DNA of 64,000 bases, from NCBI GenBank assembly GCA_950097015.1, contig CATNEN010000009.1, positions 1 through 64,000 on the forward strand, given 5' to 3'. Source of the stretch: Macrostomum hystrix (taxonomy: Eukaryota > Animalia > Platyhelminthes). A program made the translations under genes and the position numbers. Under the pieces are notes generated by a model. The model saw only the letters and a program-made list of their open reading frames with translations, made no database searches and had not been told where the DNA came from. Shown here one piece after another: positions 37,831 to 49,080 of the stretch. Position 1 is the stretch's first letter, and each line of letters begins with the position of its first letter.

Positions 37831-40252
37831 TCTATATATATAAAAGTGAAAACTCTGTCTGTCTGTGTGTGTGTGTGTGTGTGTGCAACCTTTTGTCTTT
37901 ATAGACGCCGAAACCGCTCAACCAAATCGCACCAAACTTTGCACATACCTAAAACCACCTACGCTGAGTGCAATAGGCTACTCAAATTCCCGAAAAATCA
38001 TTTCCTTCCTGCTCAAAAGTGCAAAAAACTGCTCAAAAATCGTCAAAAAATCACTCAATTCGACATATCGTCGCCCCACTTTGTCAGATTTTCTCCAAAT
38101 TTGATCCACTTACACTTTACATGTTTTCCAACAATGCTGTCAATTTTGAACATCTCTACTCAATCCAGAGCAAAGCTGCATCATCTCAAAGTGAGTCACT
38201 TTTTGTTTTCCGAGGACAGCCACCCCAACTCCCCTCCGCCACTCTGCGGGCCAAATTTTAATACAGCCACCCCTCCCTTCCCCGGGCGCCGAAGCCCCAG
38301 ACTGTACATTGCATTTCAAGCCGTGAATGTACACAGCCCAAACCCCTAGACTGTCTACTGGCCCCCAAGCAGCACTGAGACTGAGTGCGGTGAGTGCGGT
38401 GGCGTCCCAGTGCGCAGGGCTCTCCGGTCAATATTTCTCTCCAGCCAGCCTGGGATAGAAGAAAGAGAGAGGCTGGCGTACAGTGCTTTGCTAAAATACA
38501 AGACGGTTATCCGCTGTATCGACGGAGATCACGTGAGGATGGCGGCTTTACCACTCGCATTATTCTATGCAGCCATGGGAATGAAGAGATCGATCTGGAC
38601 AACAGATGGGTCGTTCCCTACTGCCCGCTACTGTCCAAGGTGTTCAATCCACACATCAACGTTGAGTACTGCAACTCTGTTAAATCAATCAAGTACATTT
38701 GCAAGTACGTGAACAAGGGTAGCGACCAAGCAGTGTTCAACATTGAGGGACCTGGAGGCATAGTAAACGAATTTGACGAAGTCAATCGCTTCAAGAGCGG
38801 AAGGTATCAGCTCTAACGAGGCAATGTGGCGAATCTTCGGATTCTCTATTCATGAACGCCACCCAACTGTCATGCACCTCAGTGTGCACCTGGAAAACGG
38901 TCAGAGAGTATACTTTACGGAGGAGAACATCCAGCAGCGTGCTCAAAGGCCACAGGACACTACTCTTACTGCTTTCTTCAAGTTGTGCGCTGAAGACCCC
39001 TTTGCCAGGACTTTGCTGTACCACCAGGTGCCTGCCTATTACACATGGAACGTCTCTTCGAAAGGATGGAAGCGGCGGGTTCAAGGCGCTGCAGTTCCAG
39101 GCCATCCTGAAATACGACAGACTGATGCATTAGCCAGAGTACACGGTGCACCCAAACCACAGTGAATGCTACTACCTGCTACACACCGTGATTGGTCCGA
39201 CGTCATTTAGACACATTAGAACGGTGGAAGGCCATACCTGCCAAACTTTTCATGAAGCATGTCAGCGACTGGGACTGCTGGAAGAGCTGGATGACCAGGA
39301 GCAGCTGGGACAGTTCATAGAGGAGAATGAGCCCCGACTCATGCCTGAGCAGCTAGAGGCGTACCGCGAGCTATTGCGCAGAGTCAACAACAACGTTGGT
39401 GGCATGGTTTTTCTTGATGCTCCAGGTGGCACAGGAAAAAAATTTCTAATCAACCTCCTTCTGGCAAAGGTCAGGCAACGAGGCGACGTTGCCATTGCTG
39501 TAGCTTCCTCTGGAATTACAGCCACCTTGCTGCCAGGCGGTCGCACTGCCCACTCAGCACTGAAGTTGCCGCTTGATCTGTCTTGAGCGGAGAATCCGCT
39601 GTGCAACATCAAGAAAAACACAGGCACTGCCAGAGTGCTTCAGGCTTGCAAGCTTATCGTCTGGGATGAGTGTACCATGTCCCACAAACTGGCATTTGAA
39701 GCACTCAACTTAACTTTGAAAGACCTGCGCAATAGCAATCAACTGATGGGTGGTGTCACTCTGCTGCTGTCTGGAGACTTTAGACAGACGCTGCCTGTGA
39801 TTCCGCGAGGCACTCCTGCTGATGAGATTAATGCTTTCCTAAAATCATCTCACCTGTGGCCATCGGTTGTGAAGTTGCACCTACGAACAAACATGAGAGC
39901 TACAATTCAAGGAGACGAAACAGCTCATGAGTTCTCTGCCAATCTATTGCGAATCGGCAATGGTCTGCTGGAGATTAGCACAGAGAATGGGCAGTCATCG
40001 ATCGCTACAATCGGAACCATTGTGCAGTCAGTGCAGGAGCTCAAGGCAAAAGTTTACCCGAACCTGATGGTTCGATATGCTGACGTTGACTGGCTGTCAG
40101 AGCCAGTACGCCCTTAAACAAACTCTTCACTTTTCATTCATGCAGTAAATAAATAAATGGTGACCTTCACTATAAAGTTAATACAGAGACGTGAATTGCT
40201 TACTGCTTTGCTTTAAATTTCTGCCCCAAAAACAACGGGCAAAAAAAGCTAG
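37831..40252 (+). mobile_element. Helitron copy 2 (same family as copy 1, different deletions)
   Basis: Same TCTATATATATAAAAG start and hairpin-CTAG end at an A^T site. Carries Rep motif KYICKYVNKG and helicase DAPGGTGK / VWDECTM in several frameshifted pieces. Confidence 0.92.
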
Positions 40253-41454
40253 TCTTATGATAAATTGGCATAGGCCCCGGGTGTCAAAATTGCTGTAATG
40301 TGCGTTCCATTTCGAAAAATCGAATTTTCCAACACTAATGCAGCTGCTCATCAGATGCAGAATAGTATTGGGTACAATTCGTCTCTGTACATCAAAAAAA
40401 TTTGCAAGACCGTTTTTACAAGATTTACCTTTATAGGTTCGAAAAATTGCATGATTTTTTTCATTTCTACGAAAACAACACGTTTTCCAACTGCAAATCA
40501 AGCTTTAGCATCTTGAATGTGACGCTGACTTTAAGTTGACATGTCATTCTCTTTCAAACATCCACATGCGTCTATTGACACCATTTGCAGTTCAATACGA
40601 CAAAGTGCACTATCGTAGGGGCAGAAATGGCATACTTTTTCTCTCATACGTACACCTGTACAGGTACATATCTTAGTACAGATGGCCAACTACTGAATGT
40701 GTGTACACGAGTCTAGTATCAAATGAAAGAGGGTCTTAAATGCAACGGTAAGCGCAACACCAACGGATGCAGTAATCAAAAGTTATGACTGATCCTGTTT
40801 TGCATGTTTTAGCCCCCCCGGGGGTCAAAATTTGGGATTTTCGCATCCACCATCGAGGCAAGTGGATGATTAGAAAATTCGAGATATAAATTTTGTGCGC
40901 ACATCTGTTGCGCTTCTAAAAACTGAATCGAATCACACACCAAATACGTTCTGGCCATGCAGTTTTGTACCTCGAAAAATGACAAAAAATGACCAACATC
41001 ACGTTTTTAGGATTTAATTACCCACATCTTCGGTAAACAACATTCAATTGCCATGGCAACGATTTTCACATCAGTGCATAGACCCGAGTATTTTACATGT
41101 TTTGCAAAAAACGCATCCAAATCGGTTCAACTGGGCAAAAGCGGCAATCGTTAAAAGTTGAAAAACGTGCTTTTCTATCCCGACACGTTTCTACGTCTTA
41201 TCAAGATGAGATATCGCATCCGTAATGCGATATCGCAAGCCGAGCGTAAGCGAGGCTTTCTCTTGGTCATTACTGGCTCACTCATCACAACTAGATTTTC
41301 TTCGTTCCTCTGTTTTTTAAGGCTGTCAAGCCTAATTTTTAAAGAGATTTTCTCGACAACAGACTAAGACAGTAAAAACGCATCATGAGTTCTGACTCTG
41401 AAATAGATTCTGCGTTAGATTCACCCATTGTAACCGACGATGAATCTGCTAGCG

Positions 41455-42094
41455 ACCTCTATCTACACCAAACTCACCAGCTCTCTCCTTCTCCTTCACA
41501 AAAAATCTTCTCATCCCGCTCACACCTTCAAAGGGGTCCTCAAATCCCAAATCCTTAGGGCCGCCCGCCTCTGCGATTCCTATCCGGACTTCTCCGCCTT
41601 CTGCCGGACTCTCCGCCTCAACCTCCGCTCTAGTGGATACACCGCTACTTTCTTTAATTCTGTTAAACACTCTATCCTCTCCTCTTTGGACTGGCCCCAG
41701 TCTATCCCCCGCCCAATTCTAATTCCCAAGGGTTTTCGCCCCTGCAATTCTCCCCGCTGTAGGACCTGCCCCCACTCTGCCCCCACAACCTCATTTCGGG
41801 GACCCAAACCTGCTTCCGACTTCCTCATCACCCAATCCCTCTCCTGTGACTCGGTTCACATCATTTACGGGATCACCTGCACCCGTTGCCTACCCTCAGC
41901 CCTTATCTACGTAGGATGCACCATCAACACCCTTAGGGACCGTCTGAATGGCCATCGCTCGGACATCAGACTAAAGAAGGAAAAACCCGTGGCCCTCCAC
42001 TTTAGTTCCCAAAACCATTCGATTGCCGACCTCAAAATCGCAGCAATCGAAGCCCTACCTGAGGCTACCCCCCTTCAACCCAAGGAATCGACTG
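41455..42094 (+). pseudogene. Penelope-like element fragment: RT thumb, Zn knuckle and GIY-YIG endonuclease; truncated at both ends
   Basis: TSIYTK...SSHP...SQILRAARLC...SGY, then CNSPRCRTC, then IIYGITC...IYVGCT...LRDRLNGHRSDI...VALHF. It stops before the PxGLN motif. Confidence 0.88.
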
Positions 42095-42099
42095 TAATA

Positions 42100-42780
42100 C
42101 ATTTAATCGACTGACTAGTAACTTCAGCTACACCTTTAAGATGACTAGAGATGATCGCAGTAGAGTGTTGTGGACTGGGGCGGACCACACTAGGATGGAA
42201 GTGAAGCTAACCGGAATCGAGCTGTATTTGGAAGTCATTGAGCCAAAGACCGCACTAAAAGCAGATTATCTCAAGGCAATAGAGAAGGACATTGTGTCGC
42301 CTACACGGCCTACATGTGTCGAGATGAGCGAAACGAAACCAGAACAAACATCTGCATTAAAGAGGGATCATGCAGCAATCCAAGGTATATTATTATTAAC
42401 CTGAGAAACCCAAATAACATTATACGATACATGCATGGAGATGTGCGGTCCATTCAGCATGAAATCAGTGATAAACTTTACCCTGCACTGCCACAAAATG
42501 GAAATTTCAGTCAGAACAAGATTAGCAAATTTTACAGCGAGTTGGTCGACTTGGCTGTGAAAGAGAACAATGGAATTGCTATCACTGCTCTTCAATATGG
42601 AACTCAACGATGTTTGGCGCTGATGTGTCTGCCAGACAAATGCCTACTGATAACAGCCCTGTGAATATCGTGACTAACATTGAGAGGACTGCCGCAACTG
42701 CTGTTGACCTGCACATTATCTATGCGTTCGAGAGGAAGGTGAAGCTTAACATGATCAACAATTCATCCAGTAAAGTTTAA
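42100..42780 (+). pseudogene. Polinton/adintovirus-like major capsid protein, C-terminal part, two frameshifts
   Basis: VKLTGIELYLEVIEP, NPRYIIINL and SPVNIVTNI...LHIIYAFERKVKL resemble Polinton MCP C-terminal motifs. It lies directly upstream of a penton-like ORF. Confidence 0.55.
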
Positions 42781-42801
42781 ATATTTTTTCGGGGGTGAAA
42801 A

Positions 42802-43647
42802 ATGGAAGCGATTGCTGAAAGACTAAATAATATTATTTCTCACTCTAAGGAGAGCATTCCTATTACAATAGCTGGGCGAATTAATGACTCAAACGGGATA
42901 TTTGTTGAAAAATTAGAGCAGGCGATTCGCCTGGATCCAAGTGCTAATTACCATGTATATCTTAACGACTTCACTGGTTGGTCAAACGTTCCCAATGTGA
43001 CGGCAGCAAATAATAAGTTTCATTACAAATGGAAAGGTGCAGCAGCAGAAGCTGTGGTATTCCCTGTGAGCACGCAAAGTGTGGATACCTACAATTACTT
43101 TCTAGAAAATGTTTTTACTAAAAGAGGCCATTTTGAAACACCCAATGCAAGCAAGCCAGAGACTAAACTGTTCCCAGTCAAACTATCCTATGATCTCACT
43201 GTAATGAGAGTGGTCATGCAAGTTCACAAAGATGCTGAGGTTGAATTTAAAGATTACACATGGTATAGGGAATTTGGATTCGAGAAGAAAGTTTATAAGG
43301 CAGAAGCACAGACTGCATCACTGGAGGCAGTTTCGAGGACCCTGCTAAGCGGTCTGTTCTTAGCACCCAATATCGCAGACATTGTAAAGGGTTTGAATAT
43401 CCTAATCAGAAGTAATCTCAGTCTTGATTGGGTATTTAAGGGAAAGCGAACGAATATTTTGTACAACATCTCAAACTCTGTTCCTGGAGGACAGATGCTG
43501 GTAGAGAAACCAAATCCAGTGAAAAGAGTTGTGCTAAGTAATAAGGAGATTCTCGAGATTGTGCTGCAGTTTGAGACGGAAGATGGTGTTGGCGTTGATT
43601 TCAACGGTGAAGAGTTTGTATTGACGTTGATTATTGAGAGAATGTAA
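42802..43647 (+). CDS. Polinton/adintovirus-like minor capsid (penton) protein, 281 aa, intact
   Basis: IRLD...YHVYLNDF..WSNVPNV..ANNKFHY and NILYNI..SVPGGQMLVEKP....V.L..KEI..I.LQF....G..VDFNGEEFVLTLII match the Polinton penton pattern by eye. Confidence 0.72.
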   Translation: MEAIAERLNNIISHSKESIPITIAGRINDSNGIFVEKLEQAIRLDPSANYHVYLNDFTGWSNVPNVTAANNKFHYKWKGAAAEAVVFPVSTQSVDTYNYFLENVFTKRGHFETPNASKPETKLFPVKLSYDLTVMRVVMQVHKDAEVEFKDYTWYREFGFEKKVYKAEAQTASLEAVSRTLLSGLFLAPNIADIVKGLNILIRSNLSLDWVFKGKRTNILYNISNSVPGGQMLVEKPNPVKRVVLSNKEILEIVLQFETEDGVGVDFNGEEFVLTLIIERM

Positions 43648-45264
43648 GCTGCTTAATGATTTCTGCAAAGTTATAGTAGCTGTCATAGTCCTTTATGGTT
43701 ACTCCATACTTATGAAACCAGGTCTTTGGAGAGCTAGATTAATATTAGGGACATTGATATCGACGTTGGGCCAATATTTTCTCATGTACTCGCTGCATTC
43801 TTGTTTGCATTGGTATTTACTCTTGTAATTAGGCTCATGACTTTTGTAATAAGATCCTGGAGAGACGATTGGGAGCATTTTTATTAAGAAAATTTTTTTT
43901 TTCGGAGGATGAGCACCCTAGGTTTGGGATCTTGAGTTTGGGGATTGGGATTTTAGTGCTAATTTGATTGTCTTGGCACGCTTTTTGCAGCTTCACTATT
44001 TTGTGCATGATCTCTTAGGGAGTGGCTGCGATAATTTTTTGTCCAAGTTCACAAACTGGAAAGTAGAGAATATGGAGACGGATTTTTTTTGCGTGGACTC
44101 ATCGGGAAGAATAAAGGTAATGGTTTGTGCATTAAGGAGGCTGCGATAATTTTTGTCCTAGATATGCAACTCACAAACTGTTGTGGAATATTAAAAGTAG
44201 AGCATTTAGAATATAGAGACGGAGTTTTTTAGAGAGAGGCGGGGACCCTTTTTTCTGATTTCTTCGGGAATAATAAAAGTAATTGTTTGTGGATAATGGA
44301 GGCTGCGATTATTTTTGTCCTAGAAGCCCCCTCTTGCATACTACTTACCGTCAAAGAGATGTAGGTTTTGCTGGCAAAATGGCAACCGCATTTTGTCTGC
44401 GCTGGCTGCCCAGGATCGTCAGGACTGTTCATTGGCGACTGCTTCCGTGAATGGCACACCGAAAACTAAAACCATGCTTTGACTGTATCCTAAAATCTAT
44501 CTAATGATTCCATTAAAGGATTAGTAGCTTCTCGTCTACCTGCTACAAATTTAGTACGAACTGCTTTATTTTGTTAAGAAGTATGCTGTAAATTCTGTAG
44601 TTCAAATGTTTTTACCATTTTGTATTTGACGTATTATGCAATTAAAGTTTATTCAAACTCAATTGAAGAAACATCTAGTTGGTTGATGACCTGCTATGCA
44701 GGCCATCGTCTCTAAAGTGACTGCTAAAACAAGAATGTATAGTTTGTAAAATCAGAAAAATGTGAACAAAAAATTCCGTCGGGAGAAGATAAGCCGATCG
44801 GGTTGATTTCGCCATAGATTAGTTTGCGGGATTGAGCCGATTAATGCAATGCATGCCACCCGTCCTGTTGAACTTTTGAGTTCTTTAGTCCGCTTAGTCG
44901 GCAATTATTTTCCTTTATAATATACCTTTTTGCGCAATCAATCAATCGCAAAAAAGTATAGTAATGAATATGAAAGTACATAGTAAATAAAGTACGTAGT
45001 AAAGTACGTAGTAAGTACGTAGTAAATTAAACTAATAACTATGCCTTCACATGCAACTACCAAGTAGTGTGCCAGTAACAAACCAGTCCTATTATTGGTT
45101 TTTTATTTTTCGTTGACTAAATAAGGATCGAAGCCGTGACATATATAATTGCCAACTAGTGTGCCGGTAATAAATTTAAATGTAATTTATAGGAAGTAAA
45201 GCACTAAAGTAAGTCATTTGGGCTCTTATTATTAAGTAATGTTACTTTATTAAGTAACTTTAGA

Positions 45265-45500
45265 AGAATCTCACCCTGAGATCTCACCCTAGTATTGTAA
45301 GAATAGATAGTCTTAACGACATACATTAGATTTGATCCCTATCTCATACCTTAAAAACGTGTCTTAAGGTGAATCTCACCCTATAAGAAAAATCTCACAC
45401 TGAGATTATAAAAATAGATAGTCTTAATGACAAATATAACAAGTGACTCGTATCACTCCTACCTTAAAATGTGTCTAAAGGTGAATCTCACACACATCGA
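45265..45500. repeat. Degenerate ~111-bp tandem duplication containing AATCTCACCCT motifs
   Basis: ATAGATAGTCTTAA...CCTTAAAA..GTGTCT.AAGGTGAATCTCAC at about 45303-45380 and 45414-45490. Confidence 0.7.
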
Positions 45501-46203
45501 AAAAATCCTAGCCATCCCCGGAGGATGCGCTCAGGAAGAGGGAGAAAAATAAAAAAAAAACAATAAATTAAGTGGTACTTAGCTGATTAATTTAGCTGAG
45601 CAGAACGCCGAACCGGTAGTGGGCACGAACGCGGATCGCAGAGCCAGAGCCGGCTCAGGCCAGGTAAGGACAATCTAGCTGTCCAGTCGGGATAGCTAGC
45701 TATTAAGAAAGGAAGTAAAGCAGAACTATAGGAAGAACTAGTGGATAGATTTTCAATTGCTCGAGCGCTTTCGGCTGGGTTTGCCTTGTTCAGGAACTGA
45801 TAATTCTAGTGTGGCGGGTGTACTTGTATATAATCAACATATGCAGAGTGTGCGCAGGGGACAGGAGCGATTGAAAGGTGAGCAAGGGAGAGAGGCAGCG
45901 AATAGGCGAGCGCGCGAGGGTCTGCACAGGGCTGAGGGAGGGGGGAGGGTGGAAACGAAAGGAAGGCATTGGTTGGGGCCAGGGTGGGCCGAGATTCAAT
46001 GGGTCTGGGCACTGGGCCGCAGTGCATTGGCGAGGGAGGGAATTAGAGGGTTGAGTTTGCCAAGGTATGCCTAGGGAAAGGGGGGCCAACGTGCCTTGTT
46101 GACCCTTGGCTTGTTTGTGACGGGGGAATTAGAGAAAAGGGCACGGTGGAAGGGAAAGTGTGTACATTTGAGAGGAGGAGGCTTAATCGAGGGCCAGCGT
46201 GCC
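45500..46203 (-). mobile_element. Penelope-like pseudo-LTR fragment on the minus strand, cut by the Tc1 insertion
   Basis: The minus strand reads TATACAAGTACACCCGCCACAC...AGGCAAACCCAGCCGAAAGCGCTCGAGCA, homologous to 32805-32886. Confidence 0.7.
45759..45797 (-). ncRNA. Minimal hammerhead ribozyme motif, probably disabled (C3-C8)
   Basis: GTTC-CTGAACA-A-GGC(AAACCCA)GCC-GAAAGCGCTC-GAGC with palindromic stem III AGCGCT. Position 8 is C instead of G. Confidence 0.65.
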
Positions 46204-46205
46204 TA

Positions 46206-47629
46206 CACTCAGCAAGTCAAAAGTTCCACCCTTATCGCGCCTAGTCAGAGATAACTTCTCGCTCACAATTCAACCCGCGAGTTACGCAACTACGCCGCGA
46301 GGAGGGAAGGGTGATTAAATCAATAATAAACGCCAGTCGCACAAAATCGCAAGTTTATTTTTTATGCAATATGCAGTTAGAATCGCAATGCTTATTACCG
46401 CGTGTGGGATCCCCTCGCACACAGAAGAGCTGTGACTCTGCGGGGCATCCCCAAGATGAGGCGGCGCAGAAAGTCCTGGGGAAGTTGCTGCCAAGCGTTT
46501 GCAATGTCGTGACGCAGCTCCGCAACATTCAGTGGTGCAGCATTCTCTTTTCGAATGCTGCACTTTAGAAAGTCCTATAGACATGCTCGATTGGATTCAT
46601 GTCTGGGGACCGGGAAGGCCAGCGCAGTGTGGATCTGTAGCTGATGTTTCACTTGACCAACAGCATCAGCTCGGTGTGACGGCGCGTTATCATCCTGGAG
46701 AATGCAGTTGCCAACTCCTCCGAAAGTAGCGTCGGCAAACGGTAGGAACCGAGTCTGCAGAAGATCTGCGTAGCTATTAGCATTCACGTTGGCATCCAGG
46801 AAGACGATATCCGTCCTTGAATGTAGCGAGATGCTGGCCCAAACTGCACTGAGGCAGCCTGGCTCTCAGAGCACTGTACATGCTGCTGCAGCATCTCATG
46901 CCGATTCTCGTCAAACGCGGGTGCGACCATCTACTTGGAAAAGTCGGAACCGGCTCTCGTCAGTGAGAACAACGCGTCGCCACTGCTGCTGCCTCCAGTG
47001 GACGCGCTGCATGGCCCACTGCTCTTGGCTGGCGATGTGGGCAGGACTGAGTCGAGGCCGCTTGCGCATCTTGCGAGAGCGGAGGCCGGCCTCCCGAATT
47101 CGACGTCGAACTGTCTGGGCGCTCAGGATGCTTCCTGCTCTGCTTTTCTCATCCCACATCAGACGGAGCAGGATGGCTGGCAGGGTGGGAGTTCGCCTTA
47201 CTATTCGCAGCAGACGGTGATTTGCTCTAGCTGTTGAGCCACGGAGACCAAGACGCTGACTGCCTTTCGCATCGTATTCCACGCTGCCAGTCTCACAGGA
47301 CTTTGTCAGCCGTTTTCGAATTGCCGCTCGCGATCTTCCAAATCTGCGAGCAACTTCGCTGATGGACACACCGACTTCCAGCTTTCCAACAGCACGCCAT
47401 CGTTCAGCATTAGTCATAGGCCGGATCATTTTTTAAATCGTGTGTGTGTGTGTGGATTAGGGGACTTTAAATTTGTCCTCTTAAAATTACGCATTTTTGT
47501 ACCATTACACAGACCCAAGCCCCCCAAGTGACAATAAGCTTCGCTGCGTGCCGCAAGTTGCGTCACTCACAATAAGTGAGAAAAAATCCATCTCGCTTGG
47601 ATGGTGGAACTTTTTACTGTTGCTAAGTA
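46206..47629 (-). mobile_element. Tc1/mariner DNA transposon, decayed, 1.42 kb
   Basis: Imperfect TIRs CACTCAGCAAGTCAAAAGTTCCACC and GGTGGAACTTTTTACTGTTGCTAAGTA, flanked by TA. Confidence 0.88.
46560..47429 (-). pseudogene. Tc1-type DD34E transposase with stops and frameshifts
   Basis: HTH (ISEVARRFG, SAQTVRRRIREAGL), VLTDESRF and ILQDDNAPSHRA, followed by a frameshifted P(D)MNPIEH region. Confidence 0.9.
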
Positions 47630-48480
47630 TAGTTGAATTTTAGTTTGTTTGCGTTGGAGGGACTTCGAGGGTAGGAGGAAATGTATTGAGTAAGTGGAGG
47701 AGGCTGTTTAAGGATTGGAAAAAATTTAACAACGGAGAGAAGTGGAGGGAACTAGAGGGAATTACAATTCAGAAATTTTTACAAAGGGCAAAATTTGAGA
47801 GGCTAAAAGGACTTAAGGTTTGGAAATTTTCAACAATGGGGGAGCCTAAAGGGAAACAAGAGGGGCTTAAAGATTTATTGCAGTGTGCGTACTGTAGAAT
47901 AGGGTCGCGTTGAATCCTGTATAAACATATATCGGAAAATATATATACATGACAGGCAGGAGAGATGCAGAAGGGGGAGAAAGAGGAGGGAAGAAAGGAA
48001 GGGTGAGAGAGAGAAAGAGAGAGGAAGAGAGAGGAGAGCACTTCCAATCCACGGTACTGCCACGGTAAAGAAGAAGAGCAGACGATTAATTTAAATTTGC
48101 CGATATTTCGAATTAAAAATTCTTAATGACAGAAAAAACTAATTTTATTTTGCGCGATAAGCTGTGTATATATAAAGTTTTAAATGCCGATCTAAATCGA
48201 TAGAAAGAGAGAGAGTACATTATGATGGGTTAAAGTCACTAAGAAAAGCGGAGCTGGTGTTTAAAATTGTACAGGTAGGCGGTCGGAATGACGTTAAAGA
48301 GAAATGGTCGAGCGAAAAAAAAATTAAAAAAGGTGAGCAAAGTACAAATTCATAGGAAGCAGTCACACTAAAAATTAAAGGAAATAGTGCACGTGCAACG
48401 AATACGCCGTCAAACAAATAACGTTAAACTCGCGTAAACAAACATAAAAAACAACAGATTGGTACTGTGCACGGATGGAC

Positions 48481-49080
48481 TCAGTCCATAGGTTCTAGCC
48501 GACTGTGGCAGAGTAGCTCCCGCAGGCTCTTGCCCTTGGTGTAGGTGGGTTACACTGGGGCCTCACAGTGCCGTGCCAACTGGCCTCTCACCTTGGCAAC
48601 CAAGGCGTCAGATGCCGCTCAATGGGGCAGAATGAGCGGGATGGCCGGATTGTGTAGAACGGCGGCTTGCTCGTTGATGCCATGTGGGGATCGGGTCCTG
48701 AGGACCTCGATCAGCTTCGCTTCTTGGCGCTGACGCCGCTCATTGGCCTCAGGACCAGAACTGTCGCGGGCCCATACGCCTGCGAAGGCGAAGTCTGCCA
48801 GACTGTGGCCATCACTGGTAAAGTGGCGGGCCACTGGGGTGGCGCGGTCGTGCCGGATGTCGACAATGTGCGCCAGCATGCGGCCACGGATGCTGTTTAC
48901 GGTCTCGCCAACGTAGACCGTGTGATCGCATCGGCGCCAGAACACTGTGTAGATGGCGTTCAAGGCATTGCAGTCAATCCTCTGGTTGATGACGAGTTGG
49001 ACTGATGTCGCGGCTGACCCAGGACAGACAGAGTTGAATCTGGCGTGCGCCTGGGAGCACTTGCAGAGCCAGGTTGCATG
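48481..49080 (-). pseudogene. Penelope-like GIY-YIG endonuclease with a C-terminal extension
   Basis: AIYTVF...VYVGET...RGRMLAH...VARHF...EAKLIEVLRTRSPHGIN continues in frame through two stops into IPLILPH*...V*PTYTKGKSLRELLCHSRL. Confidence 0.85.

Noticed and set aside
41182-41205. Minus-strand CTTGATAAGACGTAGAAACGTGTC hammerhead-like string
   Set aside because: No room for a paired stem II and no stem I.
44231-44240. AGAGAG as a Polinton terminus
   Set aside because: Wrong polarity for the right end of the capsid module, and no matching TIR or 6-bp TSD.
48619-48621. In-frame TGA as selenocysteine (as in some Naiad PLEs)
   Set aside because: An in-frame TAA follows shortly after and no SECIS is evident; ordinary decay is more likely.
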